DNA from: Nostoc sp. PCC 7120 = FACHB-418
Lineage (GTDB): Bacteria > Cyanobacteriota > Cyanobacteriia > Cyanobacteriales > Nostocaceae
Length of the DNA stretch: 32,000 nucleotides
Direction: 5' to 3'
Assembly: GCF_000009705.1 (NCBI RefSeq)
Contig: NC_003272.1
Coordinates: forward strand, 4,050,001 to 4,082,000
Shown: piece by piece, positions 9,045 through 19,083 of the stretch
How the letters are laid out: every line of letters starts with the position of its first letter
Position numbering within the stretch: position 1 is the stretch's first letter
The notes under the pieces: model-generated
What the model was told of the DNA's origin: nothing
What the model saw: only the letters and a program-made list of their open reading frames with translations
Database searches by the model: none
Position numbers and translations under genes: made by a program

Positions 9045-9951
9045 AATTATCTTCGTCTCCCGTCTCAGCCTGCTTCTCTGCTATCCTGAGTTTGGCGGAA
9101 CGCGATCGCGGATTATTTGCAATCTCGTCGTCGGTAGCAATAATGGGTTTTTTCGTTAAAACTTTTAATAAAGGTGAATTTCTTAAACCGTGTTTTACTA
9201 AACGGTCTTCCAAACTGTGAAAACTGATAATGGCAATTCTGCCACCAGGGACAAGAGCTTTGGGAGCCTTTTCTATAAAAGTTTCTAAGGACTTCAACTC
9301 ATCATTGACGACAATTCGCAAAGCTTGAAATACACGGGTAGCAGGATGAATCCTACCATAGCGGTATTTGGGGGGAACAGAAGAGGCGATCGCCTCAGCT
9401 AATTCTGTAGTTGTATGAAAAGGACGTTTTTCCACAATCCGTCTAGCAATACGTCGTGAGAGCCTTTCTTCACCATATTTGAAGAAAATATTTGCCAACT
9501 CAACTTCGTCCCAATCATTAATGACATCGGCGGCGCTAAGAGATTGTCTTTGATCCATCCGCATATCGAGACTCGCTTGATGACGGAAGCTAAAACCACG
9601 CTCTGGGGTATCTAGGTGATAAGAACTCACGCCTAAATCTGCCAGTACACCATCGAAACTAGTGGACGGGAAATCATAAGCAGCAAAATTACTCCGCACA
9701 AACTTTACTTGTTCCCCAAATTCTGCCAGCTCTTGCTTCGCGGCTGTTAAAGCATCCCCATCTTGGTCAACTGCTGTTAGCTTGACATCTGGCGCAGCCT
9801 CTAAAATCAACCGGCTGTGACCACCACCCCCTACCGTTACATCCAAATAACGCCCACCAGGACGCACCACCAGACCTGTAATCACTTCTTGCGGTAAAAC
9901 AGGTAGATGAGAAAATATCGGTTCTTCTATAGTGAGCGGTGTTTTAGTCAT
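9043..9951 (-). CDS. rsmH: 16S rRNA (cytosine1402-N4)-methyltransferase RsmH (MraW)
   Basis: 302 aa. HLPVL..EV...L....[27 protein letters not shown]...[15 protein letters not shown] and [10 protein letters not shown] are textbook RsmH motifs. Confidence 0.95.
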   Translation of the reverse strand: MTKTPLTIEEPIFSHLPVLPQEVITGLVVRPGGRYLDVTVGGGGHSRLILEAAPDVKLTAVDQDGDALTAAKQELAEFGEQVKFVRSNFAAYDFPSTSFDGVLADLGVSSYHLDTPERGFSFRHQASLDMRMDQRQSLSAADVINDWDEVELANIFFKYGEERLSRRIARRIVEKRPFHTTTELAEAIASSVPPKYRYGRIHPATRVFQALRIVVNDELKSLETFIEKAPKALVPGGRIAIISFHSLEDRLVKHGLRNSPLLKVLTKKPIIATDDEIANNPRSRSAKLRIAEKQAETGDEDN

Positions 9952-9986
9952 TAGTCGTTAGTCAATAGTCAATGGTCAACAGTTAA
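9945..9986. repeat. STRR-like heptamer array overlapping the rsmH start codon
   Basis: TTAGTCA TTAGTCG TTAGTCA ATAGTCA ATGGTCA ACAGTTA. The minus-strand start ATGACTAAA of rsmH is itself one repeat unit. Confidence 0.75.
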
Positions 9987-10269
9987 AAAATTCCATCGCC
10001 TCAATTTCTTAAATATCGAGCTTTCCTATAATAATTGAAGAAGTGAAACAAAATGAAACATCAAGCAAAACCCCTCTGCTGCCCCCATCTCTCCAACATA
10101 CTCCCGTATGAGCCATATATATTAAGGTTTGTCCCCAAGATGTTGCTCATAGGAATTTGATTTTGGCAGACGTGAGCGATCACCCACGGTGGGCGGTTAC
10201 GCCATCGCGTCTGGATGGCATCAACGCGGTTCAACTCAAAATTTTCATAATGGGAGAACACGGAAATTT

Positions 10270-11454
10270 ATGGCAAGAATAGAAACCCGCACTGAACCAA
10301 TGGTGCTGAATATGGGGCCACACCATCCCTCAATGCACGGGGTTCTGCGGCTAATTGTCACTTTGGATGGTGAAGATGTCGTTGATTGTGAACCTGTAAT
10401 CGGCTATCTGCACCGAGGAATGGAGAAAATCGCCGAAAACCGTACTACAGTCATGTACGTCCCCTACGTCAGCCGATGGGACTACGCCGCAGGAATGTTC
10501 AATGAAGCTGTCACCGTCAATGCACCGGAAAAGCTGGCTGGTGTTGCTGTTCCTAAACGCGCTAGCTACATCCGCGTCATCATGCTGGAACTGAATCGCA
10601 TTGCTAACCACCTCCTGTGGTTCGGCCCCTTCCTGGCTGACGTAGGCGCACAAACTCCCTTCTTTTACCAGTTCCGAGAACGGGAGATGATTTACGATTT
10701 GTGGGAAGCCGCTACAGGCTACCGCATGGTAAATAACAACTACTTCCGTGTTGGTGGTGTAGCTGCGGATTTACCCTATGGCTGGGTAGATAAGTGTCTA
10801 GAATTTTGTGACTACTTCTTACCCGTAATTGATGAATACGAAAAGTTAGTTACCAATAATCCCATTTTCCGCCGTCGGATCGAAGGTATTGGCACAATTA
10901 GCCGCGAAGAAGCAATTAACTGGGGACTTTCCGGCCCGATGTTACGAGCTTCAGGCGTAAAATGGGACTTGCGGAAAGTTGACCATTACGAATGTTACGA
11001 CGATTTCGACTGGGATGTACAGTGGGAGACAGCCGGCGATTGTTTAGCCCGTTACACCGTAAGAATGCGGGAAATGCGCGAATCTGTGAAGATTATCAAG
11101 CAAGCAATCAAAGGATTACCCGGAGGCCCCTACGAAAACCTGGAAGCCAAGCGTTTAGCAGCTGGGAAGAAATCGGAATGGGATGCTTTTGATTACCAAT
11201 ACATTGGCAAAAAAGTTTCTCCTACCTTCAAAATGCCCAAAGGTGAAATTTACGCCCGTGTGGAAAGCGGTAAAGGTGAACTAGGCATTTATCTGATTGG
11301 CGATGATAACGTATTTCCTTGGCGGTGGAAAATTCGCCCAGCCGATTTCAACAACCTGCAAATTCTTCCCCACTTACTACGAGGTATGAAAGTTGCGGAT
11401 GTTGTGGTAATTCTCGGCAGTATTGACGTAATTATGGGTTCTGTAGATAGATAG
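10270..11454 (+). CDS. ndhH: NAD(P)H-quinone oxidoreductase (NDH-1) subunit H
   Basis: The ORF is open from 10189, but the conserved protein begins [28 protein letters not shown] (ATG 10270), giving 394 aa. It resembles NuoD/NdhH over the full length and ends ...DVIMGSVDR. Confidence 0.95.
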   Translation: MARIETRTEPMVLNMGPHHPSMHGVLRLIVTLDGEDVVDCEPVIGYLHRGMEKIAENRTTVMYVPYVSRWDYAAGMFNEAVTVNAPEKLAGVAVPKRASYIRVIMLELNRIANHLLWFGPFLADVGAQTPFFYQFREREMIYDLWEAATGYRMVNNNYFRVGGVAADLPYGWVDKCLEFCDYFLPVIDEYEKLVTNNPIFRRRIEGIGTISREEAINWGLSGPMLRASGVKWDLRKVDHYECYDDFDWDVQWETAGDCLARYTVRMREMRESVKIIKQAIKGLPGGPYENLEAKRLAAGKKSEWDAFDYQYIGKKVSPTFKMPKGEIYARVESGKGELGIYLIGDDNVFPWRWKIRPADFNNLQILPHLLRGMKVADVVVILGSIDVIMGSVDR

Positions 11455-11498
11455 CCATAGCAATACTGTTCCATTTGCAAGTCATGAAAGCTAAAGAT

Positions 11499-11530
11499 TC
11501 CCGACACTCAAAGAAGTCGGGATTTTTTTT
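11499..11530 (+). terminator. Rho-independent terminator after ndhH
   Basis: TCCCGAC-(10-nt loop)-GTCGGGA followed by T8 (11523-11530). Confidence 0.85.
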
Positions 11531-11956
11531 CGAGAAAATTAACAGTAACTATAGTAATCCGACTTGATTATTGAAAATATCTAAGTATCTGTAGGCATTG
11601 CCCACCTTACGTATATTTCAGAAATCAAACACTAGTACTATATCTTTCAAAAAAGTAAGTAAAACTAAAGAAATTGTTAATCTAACATTACATACTGTTA
11701 CTTATTAATATACTAAGAGGAGAAAAATATTTAATTATTATAAATTTCTCATTTTATTTTACTAACGTTAAAGCCCAGGATTTATTTAGATCTTAATCAA
11801 AATAGTTATTGAATATAAGAATCCTAAAAAGCTTGTGTAAAAAGGTTTTCACCCTAATATTTTTTACTGATTATTCCTAACAGGATTGTTCAAATAAAGT
11901 CTGATAAATTACTATATAGATGCTGACAAAGTTGACTGATTCATCATTGTAAAACT

Positions 11957-12496
11957 GTGCAAATTCATTCTCACGCAGAATTTGATCCTAGTTCAAATAA
12001 ACCGACTGAACAGGGTTTACAAAAAGTTCTCCAGCGTCTTGTCCAGACAATGCAGAGAGACGCATTAGTTAGACAAACGACAAATCAACTCAGAGAATCG
12101 CTGCAAGTTGATCGTGTGGTTTTGTATTATTTTTACTGGCAGTGGCACGGACAAGTTACCTTTGAAGCCTTGAGTTCCGAAGAATTTTCGATATTAGGGT
12201 CAACTGGGGCAGATGAATGTTTTAATGATGAGTATGCAGCACTGTATTTAGCTGGACGGACAAAAGCGATCGCCGACATTGAATCAGAACCCATCACCAC
12301 TTGTCATCGGGACTTTCTCCGCACTCTACAAGTCCGCGCCAACCTAGTTGTACCAGTTTTAGTTCCCAAAGGATTATGGGGCTTACTAGTCGCGCATCAC
12401 TGCCAAGGAACCCATGATTGGAAAGAATCAGACATAGAATTGATGCAGGCAGGAGCTAAAACCCTCGCAACATCGCCTTATATTTTGGAAAGTTGA
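11957..12496 (+). CDS. Stand-alone GAF domain protein
   Basis: 179 aa with a GTG start (an ATG at 12050 is an alternative). QLRESLQVDRVVLYYF...WGLLVAHHC...W.E.DIELMQ is the typical cyanobacterial GAF pattern. Confidence 0.8.
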   Translation: MQIHSHAEFDPSSNKPTEQGLQKVLQRLVQTMQRDALVRQTTNQLRESLQVDRVVLYYFYWQWHGQVTFEALSSEEFSILGSTGADECFNDEYAALYLAGRTKAIADIESEPITTCHRDFLRTLQVRANLVVPVLVPKGLWGLLVAHHCQGTHDWKESDIELMQAGAKTLATSPYILES

Positions 12497-12532
12497 ACTA
12501 CTTTCTACTCCCTGTCTTAATTTAACTTGTCT

Positions 12533-13747
12533 ATGAATTCTCATTCAGCGCTACAAAAAGCTATAGCTCATCGCATTGCTACCAGTCCCAAAGCGCGAAT
12601 CACTTTTGCAGAATATATGGACATGGCGCTTTACCATCCTGAACATGGTTACTATTCCAGCAATGCAGTCAATATTGGGTTTAAAGGCGGAGATTTTTTC
12701 ACCTCAGTCAATTTAGGTGCTGACCTTGGTGATTTATTAGCAGAACAATTTGTACAAATGTGGGGTATTTTTGGGCAACCCACACCCTTTTATTTAGTGG
12801 AAATGGGCGCAGGGCAAGGATTGTTAGCCTTGCATATCCTGAAATATATACAGGTGCAGTATCCCAATTTATATAAAGCCTTAAAATATCTGATTGTCGA
12901 AAAATCCCCAGGCTTAAAGCAAGAACAACAGGAACGCTTACAAGGGTTTCCTGTGCGCTGGTGCAGTTGGGAGGAAATATCGCCTAACTCGATTACAGGC
13001 TGCTTTTTTTCCAATGAATTAGTAGACGCACTACCAGTGCATCAGTTCATCTTAGAGGGAGGGGAACTGAGGGAAATTTATCTAACTATGCAAGAAGATC
13101 AGGAAGCACAAGAAGCAAAAAATCTTTCCCCATCCCCTAATTACGAATTAACTGAAGTCGCAGCAGCGCCGTCTACACCTAAACTTGCAGAATATTTTGA
13201 CTTAATAGGGATTAATTTGGCGCAAGGTGGTTATGAAGATGGCTATCGTAGTGAAATTAATTTGGCGGCTCTTGATTGGTTGAGTATAGTAGCAGACCGC
13301 TTGCAACGAGGGTATGTGATAACAATTGATTATGGCTATCCTGCCAGTCGTTATTATAATCCCAGGCGATCGCAAGGAACCCTACAGTGCTACTATCAAC
13401 ATCGTCATCACAACAACCCCTATATCAATATTGGTCAACAAGATATTACCGCCCATGTTGACTTTACAGCCTTGGAACGATGGGGCGATCGCTGCGGCTT
13501 AGAGAAACTTGGTTTTACCCAGCAAGCTTTATTTTTGATGGCTCTGGGTTTAGGAAGTCGCATTGCAGCCCTCTCCTATCAAGAAATACCAGTTTCTGAG
13601 TTACTCCACAGGCGACAAACACTACACCAGTTAATCGATCCCACAGGACTTGGGGGCTTTGGAGTTCTGATTCAAAGTAAGGGACTGACAAAAGAGGAAG
13701 CTTCTCAAGCACTCAAAGGATTATCTGTGCCAGAACTGGGGAAGTAG
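12533..13747 (+). CDS. Class I SAM-dependent methyltransferase, DUF185 / MidA (NDUFAF7-like) family
   Basis: The ORF is open from TTG 12527; the ATG is at 12533. ITFAEYMDMALYHPEHGYY...GDFFTS...LVEMGAGQG.L and DITAHVDFT match the family pattern as I recall it. Confidence 0.8.
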   Translation: MNSHSALQKAIAHRIATSPKARITFAEYMDMALYHPEHGYYSSNAVNIGFKGGDFFTSVNLGADLGDLLAEQFVQMWGIFGQPTPFYLVEMGAGQGLLALHILKYIQVQYPNLYKALKYLIVEKSPGLKQEQQERLQGFPVRWCSWEEISPNSITGCFFSNELVDALPVHQFILEGGELREIYLTMQEDQEAQEAKNLSPSPNYELTEVAAAPSTPKLAEYFDLIGINLAQGGYEDGYRSEINLAALDWLSIVADRLQRGYVITIDYGYPASRYYNPRRSQGTLQCYYQHRHHNNPYINIGQQDITAHVDFTALERWGDRCGLEKLGFTQQALFLMALGLGSRIAALSYQEIPVSELLHRRQTLHQLIDPTGLGGFGVLIQSKGLTKEEASQALKGLSVPELGK

Positions 13748-13766
13748 GGGGAGAAGACAACTGTAC

Positions 13767-13786
13767 AGACGCGATTAATCGCGTCT
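13767..13786. repeat. Perfect 20-nt palindrome AGACGCGATTAATCGCGTCT (dispersed Nostocales hairpin repeat, possible terminator)
   Basis: Read directly, 20 nt after the methyltransferase stop. There is no T-tract, so a terminator role is uncertain. Confidence 0.6.
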
Positions 13787-13890
13787 CTGACTAATAATTA
13801 AAACTCTATTTAAGAATGCTGGATTGGCTGGATATAGACTAGCATAACAGTGATTACTATGAAGTCGAGCATCAGAGGGGAGTTACAATT

Positions 13891-13986
13891 ATGACTGCTC
13901 ATGACCTATTAATGTTGGTAACATTACTTAGTCCTGGCATCTTGCTTTCAGTTGTCATTATGGCAACTTTTGCCGCAGGAGGCTGA
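13891..13986 (+). CDS. Candidate 31-aa hydrophobic micro-protein
   Basis: ATG preceded by AGAGGGGAG (SD-like, about 8 nt upstream). Translation is MTAHDLLMLVTLLSPGILLSVVIMATFAAGG, a single TM helix. It is below the ORF-track cutoff and I recognise no homology. Confidence 0.3.
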   Translation: MTAHDLLMLVTLLSPGILLSVVIMATFAAGG

Positions 13987-14098
13987 TCGCTAGATCCGGA
14001 CGTAGGGAGTAGAAAAAACGTAAATCTGTTCATTAACTACTCCCTGACAACCTACAATCAAACGATGGAAAAGCGGCTGAATCAAAGGAACGTAAAAC

Positions 14099-14977
14099 AT
14101 GAAGGTGGCATTTCTGGGAACTGGACTTATGGGACTACCAATGGCCCAAAGATTGTTAGCAGCAAATATAGAGGTAGTTGCCTATAACCGCACCCCAGAA
14201 AAACTAGCACCATTACAAGCAGCTGGCGCGGAAGTGGTGACACATCCCCGCTACGCAATTCGAGAAGCTGAGTGTGTCATCCTCATGCTGACCAACGCCG
14301 CAGCAATATATCATGTGTTGCTTTCGGATACTTCTTGGCGGACTCTCCAAGGACGCACCATCATTCAGATGGGAACCATTACCTCCACCCAAAGCCAAGA
14401 AATTCGAGATTCCATAGTGGGTGGTGGCGGCGAATATATAGAAGCACCAGTGTTAGGAAGTATTCCTGAAGCCCAAGCTGGTACTCTGACAGTAATGGTA
14501 GGCGCTGAACCTCAACAATATGAACGCTGCCTAAATTTACTCAAGAATTTTGGCCCAGATCCTTTACTTATAGGGCCAGTGGGAACTGCATCAGGCTTAA
14601 AACTAGCCCTAAATCAGCTCATTGCTTCCTTAACTACAAGCTTTGCCCTCAGTTTAGCTTTTGTGCAGCGTCAAGGTATTGATGTAGACAAATTTATGCA
14701 GGTACTACGCGAAAGTGCGCTGTATGCGCCAACTTTTGATAAAAAGCTGCAAAGGATGTTAGATGGCAATTATAGCAATCCCAACTTTCCGACAAAACAC
14801 TTGCTCAAAGACACCGACTTGTTTATTTCCGAAGCTCAATACCTTGGTTTGGATCTCAGCAGTATTGAAACTGTGCAGAAACTTTTGCAAACAACCATGA
14901 AAATGTCATTTGCCAATGATGATTATTCTGCCCTATTTTCTGTCATCAGAGATTGGGGAGAAGCAAGTGGCGGTTAA
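14099..14977 (+). CDS. NAD(P)-dependent oxidoreductase, beta-hydroxyacid (3-hydroxyisobutyrate / 6-phosphogluconate-like) dehydrogenase family
   Basis: 292 aa. It has an N-terminal Rossmann motif VAFLGTGLMGLPMAQRL and the family pattern ...EAPV.G....A..G.L..M.GG... through to the C-terminal helical domain. Confidence 0.88.
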   Translation: MKVAFLGTGLMGLPMAQRLLAANIEVVAYNRTPEKLAPLQAAGAEVVTHPRYAIREAECVILMLTNAAAIYHVLLSDTSWRTLQGRTIIQMGTITSTQSQEIRDSIVGGGGEYIEAPVLGSIPEAQAGTLTVMVGAEPQQYERCLNLLKNFGPDPLLIGPVGTASGLKLALNQLIASLTTSFALSLAFVQRQGIDVDKFMQVLRESALYAPTFDKKLQRMLDGNYSNPNFPTKHLLKDTDLFISEAQYLGLDLSSIETVQKLLQTTMKMSFANDDYSALFSVIRDWGEASGG

Positions 14978-15022
14978 GTGAATGGGTGACGAGAAAAAAA
15001 ACAAATAACTATTGACTATTGA

Positions 15023-16402
15023 CTAGAGTAAAGGTAGTAGGATTTCAAACTTTGTACCGATGCCTAGTTTGGAAGAGAAATTGAGTTTACCGCCATGTCT
15101 TGCTGTGATAATGCGATAACTAACGGCTAAACTTGTTTCTTTTTCCGTTCTTTTTTCTATAGAGAAATTTTCGCGGATTTGTTGTTGTAATTCCTCCGAC
15201 ATTCCTGTCCCATTATCAGCCACACAAATCGAAACCCAGCGCGAATCAGGTTCGTTGGGTCTGGTAGCTGCTTGAGAAATAACTTCCGTTGTAATTTCTA
15301 TATTTGATTGCTTAACACTTTGTCCGGAATCTGGTTGCAATTGCCGTCGCACAGTTTCATCTAGCAAACTATCAACAGCGTGACTCAAAATATTCATCAA
15401 TACTTGGTTTAACTGTCCTATAAAACAAGAGACCGGGGGAATTTTTCCATAATTTTTAATAATAGTGATTTCGCCTTTCAAACGGCTTTTAATTAAAATT
15501 ACAATACTGTCTATCGATGCGTGTAAATCTACAGGTTTAGGATAAACTGCATCGATATGACAAAAGTTTTGTAAGCTAGTGACGAGTTTTTTTAGTCTTT
15601 CCGCACCGGAACGAGCGCTATTTAATGCTTTAGATAAATCTTTTTCTAGATAATCAAATTCAATTTCTTCTTTAATATCATTGATTTCCTCACAACCAGG
15701 AGATAGACATTCATCATAAGCAGCTATTAACTTCAGTAAATCTTGGCTGTAGTTAGAGATATAAGTTAAGTTACCCCAAATAAAACCTACAGGGTCTAAA
15801 ATTTCGTGTGCTACTCCATCTACTAGCCTACCCAGTCTGGCCATTTTATCGTTTTGAATCATTTGGGCTTGGCTGCGTTCGTAGCGTACTTGAGTTTCTA
15901 TACCACGAATTTGCCAAGCTGCAATATTCAATTCATGGGGATCTAGCAATCTGTAGGAATTGTCTGCTGTTTGTACTACTAGAGGTTCTGCTAAAAATTC
16001 AGGCGATCGCCTTAATATATGTTGCATGGCTGCCAAGATGGGTGTGGTATCAGCCAGCACTAAAACTGCTAAACGAGCATAACGATAGAGAACATCTAAT
16101 GGTTCTTTAGCAAACAAATCTTGCCCATAGGGACGCATCAAAAACTCTATCAATCGCCGCCGGGACATCATCCCCGTAAACTTTCCTTGTTCTAGCAAAA
16201 TTACCCCTGGTAACAAGGGATATTTATCAAAATACTTCGCTACTTCTACACCATTCAGGCTAACTTCCACCTGAAAAGTGTACATTGGTAGTTCTTGAAT
16301 GGTGGAATCTAAACATAAATCGCGATCGCTACCTCTAGATAAAGTAGGTGGTGATATAAGGGGACAAAATTCTTGTGACACTTGATATTCTGATGTATAC
16401 AA
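15023..16402 (-). CDS. Sensor histidine kinase (cytoplasmic; N-terminal sensory domain, HisKA, HATPase_c)
   Basis: 459-aa ORF with a TTG start (alternative ATG at 16285). The H-box is VAHEILDPV, the N-box LMNILSHAVDS, G1 VADNGTGM and G2 GIGTKF. Confidence 0.88.
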   Translation of the reverse strand: MYTSEYQVSQEFCPLISPPTLSRGSDRDLCLDSTIQELPMYTFQVEVSLNGVEVAKYFDKYPLLPGVILLEQGKFTGMMSRRRLIEFLMRPYGQDLFAKEPLDVLYRYARLAVLVLADTTPILAAMQHILRRSPEFLAEPLVVQTADNSYRLLDPHELNIAAWQIRGIETQVRYERSQAQMIQNDKMARLGRLVDGVAHEILDPVGFIWGNLTYISNYSQDLLKLIAAYDECLSPGCEEINDIKEEIEFDYLEKDLSKALNSARSGAERLKKLVTSLQNFCHIDAVYPKPVDLHASIDSIVILIKSRLKGEITIIKNYGKIPPVSCFIGQLNQVLMNILSHAVDSLLDETVRRQLQPDSGQSVKQSNIEITTEVISQAATRPNEPDSRWVSICVADNGTGMSEELQQQIRENFSIEKRTEKETSLAVSYRIITARHGGKLNFSSKLGIGTKFEILLPLL

Positions 16403-17126
16403 GGACTGACTAGTAAATAAGCCAACATTCTAGCTTCTGAGCTTACTACTGAAACTAAATTTAGTAAAACTAACACAAAAATCTTTTCAGCGTAAATGCT
16501 TAAATATAAAATAATGTTACCACTGTGATTTTACTTAAGTCGGATCATCGATTTTTGGCAGATTGGGCTTGCAAGTTGAAAGTTTTTATAGTAAAAAATC
16601 AACCAAAGCGAAAAACAATTGCCCCGAAGATCAAAAAGATTCACTTTTTAAGTTAGCGATGACAACAATTTATGGGAATACTCATAGCCAATAACAGCCT
16701 AAAACCTTTACAGGTGCTATGGGATAGGTCTCATAACCGATTATCACAGTGATCCCCTGTTATTTAAAAAGTATGAATACTTGATGAAAATGCCCGGAAG
16801 TTAATACTTTAAAGAGCTAATTGACAGTAAGTATAAATCTTAGGTAATGAAAATTTATGTAACTCTATACCCAGTCTGCTAATATCGGAACTATTTACAC
16901 AAGAGAACAATCATAAGAATGTTCATTGCCAGTAAATTCACTCATATAAACATGACTATGGGCTGACTCATCAGCATCAATCATTGCTTACACTCAACTA
17001 GAAACCCGGAAGTAACTTATTTTGCAAATTTTATCTTGCGTTCTCACTAAATGTGTTTGATCCCCGTTTCGATAGAATGACTAGGCTTAACTTTAAAAAT
17101 CCACAGCGCTTTTGACTGCGACACCC

Positions 17127-18179
17127 ATGAATCAACTGAACAATGGTTTCACAATATTTCTGAGTTTGCTAGTCGAGGCGATGCCCTTTTTGCTACTTGG
17201 GGTTTTATTCTCCAGTTTGCTGCTGTTTTTTGTAGATGAGCGCAAATTAGTAGAAAAAATGCCCAGAAATCCCTTATTAGGTGCTTTAGTTGGCAGTATG
17301 GTCGGCTTTTTGTTTCCAGTATGTGAATGCGGAAATGTACCAGTGGCGCGGCGCTTGCTGATGCAAGGAGTACCTACACCCGTAGCGGTTGGTTTTTTAC
17401 TAGCAGCACCCACAATTAACCCAATTGTGATTTGGGCAACATGGACAGCATTTAGGGAACAACCAGAAATAGTAGTTTTCCGTGTGATATTTTCGTTGTT
17501 AATCGCCACAATCATCGGTTTTGTTTTCAGTTTTCAAGCAGACTTAGAACCCATAGTCCAACCAGCGATCGCCCGTTATTTAAAATTTAATCCCCCAGCC
17601 AAACCAGATACGAAACGCCGGGGTAGATACTCTACAACAAAAGACACCAATACACCCAGTATGTTACGTTCTGGGACTTATATTTTAGGTGGTCGAGCAG
17701 GTGGTATTCCAACGCGACTAGATGCTAACCTAGCCCCGGTAAATGAGGCTAGCAGCAACAGTAAACCGTTGAGAGATAAACTACGCCTGTTACTAGATAA
17801 CAGCATCCAAGAGTTGCGGGAGTTGGGCGCAGTCATGGTAATTGGCAGCGCGATCGCCGCAGCTATTCAAGTTCTAGCGCCTCGTGAATTAATCCTCAGT
17901 CTAGGTTCCGGCCCGATTACCTCAATTCTCGTCATGCTAGTGTTAGCCGCAGTAGTATCCATCTGTTCTACTGTCGATGCGTTTTTTGCCCTATCATTCG
18001 CCGCAACATTCAGCAGTGGATCGTTATTAGCCTTTCTCGTCTTTGGGCCCATGATCGACATCAAAAGTGTTGGCTTGATGTTATCCATATTCAAACCCAA
18101 AGCGATTTTTTACCTATTCGCGTTAGCTGGTCTACTGACATTCCTGTTCACCCTTTTTATCAACTTGCACGTTATTTGA
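17127..18179 (+). CDS. Permease, DUF318 / ArsP_1 (COG0701) family
   Basis: The ORF is open from TTG 17112; the ATG is at 17127. It is a polytopic membrane protein with the family-typical FPVCECGNVPVARRL motif, and is paired with the downstream TIGR03943-type gene. Confidence 0.85.
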   Translation: MNQLNNGFTIFLSLLVEAMPFLLLGVLFSSLLLFFVDERKLVEKMPRNPLLGALVGSMVGFLFPVCECGNVPVARRLLMQGVPTPVAVGFLLAAPTINPIVIWATWTAFREQPEIVVFRVIFSLLIATIIGFVFSFQADLEPIVQPAIARYLKFNPPAKPDTKRRGRYSTTKDTNTPSMLRSGTYILGGRAGGIPTRLDANLAPVNEASSNSKPLRDKLRLLLDNSIQELRELGAVMVIGSAIAAAIQVLAPRELILSLGSGPITSILVMLVLAAVVSICSTVDAFFALSFAATFSSGSLLAFLVFGPMIDIKSVGLMLSIFKPKAIFYLFALAGLLTFLFTLFINLHVI

Positions 18180-18187
18180 TATTTCAT

Positions 18188-18276
18188 CAGTTGTCAGGTG
18201 TCCTTGGTCAGTTGTTTTTCTGACTATTGACCACTGGCTACTGACCACTGACTATTGACTAATAACCAATGACTAA
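18188..18276. repeat. STRR heptamer arrays in inverted orientation (potential long imperfect hairpin) filling the permease-DUF1980 spacer
   Basis: Left half: CAGTTGT CAGGTGT CCTTGGT CAGTTGT. Right half: TGACTAT TGACCAC TGGCTAC TGACCAC TGACTAT TGACTAA TAACCAA TGACTAA. The last unit overlaps the start codon at 18269. Confidence 0.85.
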
Positions 18277-19027
18277 ATCTCAAGTACCAAATAAACTGCT
18301 CTCTTGGCTAGATGTCTTGGCAATTACCGCCTGGGGCGTATTAATGCTGAGATATTGGCTAACTGGCAAGCTCAATTTATTAATTCACCCCAATTATTTT
18401 GCATTGGTGGTTGTAGCGGGTATTGTCTTATTAATTATTGGCTTTGCTAAAGCTCATGAACTGTGGCGCTTACGTCCTCGTGATGTCACCCCCAACCCCC
18501 AGCACATCACTTTTTTTGCTCCTGGCTGGGGTAGTGGCTTACTGCTATTTACGGCGATTTTAGGCTTTATTATTACACCACAAGTATTTGCCAGTGATAA
18601 AGCACTCCAGAGGGGTGTGACAGACTTATTAAGCACCTCACGCCTGCAACCCCAATCCTTCCGCGCCTCTACGCGTCCAGAAGAGCGATCGCTTGTAGAT
18701 TGGGTACGCACAGTCAATGTCTATCCCGAACCAGACTCATATACAGGTCAAAAAGCCAAGGTGCAAGGATTTGTCATCCATCCCCCAGATATTGGCAAAG
18801 AATATATATTCCTCGCTAGATTTGTCCTCACCTGCTGCGCCGCAGATGCTTATCCTGTAGGTTTACCAGTCAAATTAGCAGCTAATCAAGAACGGTACTC
18901 TCCCGACACTTGGTTAGAAGTAGAAGGAAAAATGACCACCGAAACCTTAAGTGGTAAACGTCAATTAACGATCGCCGCTACCTCTATCAAAAAGATTCCC
19001 CAACCAGCAAATCCATATAGTTATTAG
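18269..19027 (+). CDS. TIGR03943 / DUF1980 family protein (putative permease accessory subunit)
   Basis: 252 aa with N-terminal TM helices. The C-terminal soluble domain contains LTCCAADAYPVGLPV, the CC..D motif I associate with this family. It has the canonical position after a DUF318 permease. Confidence 0.8.
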   Translation: MTKSQVPNKLLSWLDVLAITAWGVLMLRYWLTGKLNLLIHPNYFALVVVAGIVLLIIGFAKAHELWRLRPRDVTPNPQHITFFAPGWGSGLLLFTAILGFIITPQVFASDKALQRGVTDLLSTSRLQPQSFRASTRPEERSLVDWVRTVNVYPEPDSYTGQKAKVQGFVIHPPDIGKEYIFLARFVLTCCAADAYPVGLPVKLAANQERYSPDTWLEVEGKMTTETLSGKRQLTIAATSIKKIPQPANPYSY

Positions 19028-19083
19028 TCAATAGTTAATAGTCCACAACGAACAACTGACAACCAACAACTGACCAATGACTA
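19022..19083. repeat. STRR heptamer arrays (inverted halves) in the DUF1980 / 496-aa gene spacer
   Basis: TAGTCAA TAGTTAA TAGTCCA ... CAACTGA CAACCAA CAACTGA CCAATGA. The array covers the stop at 19025-19027 and the start ATGACTA at 19077. Confidence 0.8.

Noticed and set aside
13995-14000. TCCGGA (DIF1-type heterocyst-specific promoter motif) about 100 nt upstream of the oxidoreductase gene
   Set aside because: A 6-mer is expected several times by chance in 32 kb. The nearest -10-like element (TAAAT at 14021) is 20 nt away, longer than a normal -35/-10 spacing.
16730-16945. Possible Fur/Zur or LexA-type operator sequences upstream of the permease (GATTATCACAGTGATC at about 16739-16754; GAACAatcataagaaTGTTC at about 16905-16924)
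   Set aside because: Neither forms the 7-1-7 AT-rich palindrome of Fur-family boxes, nor matches the spacing of the cyanobacterial LexA box. They are only short inverted repeats.
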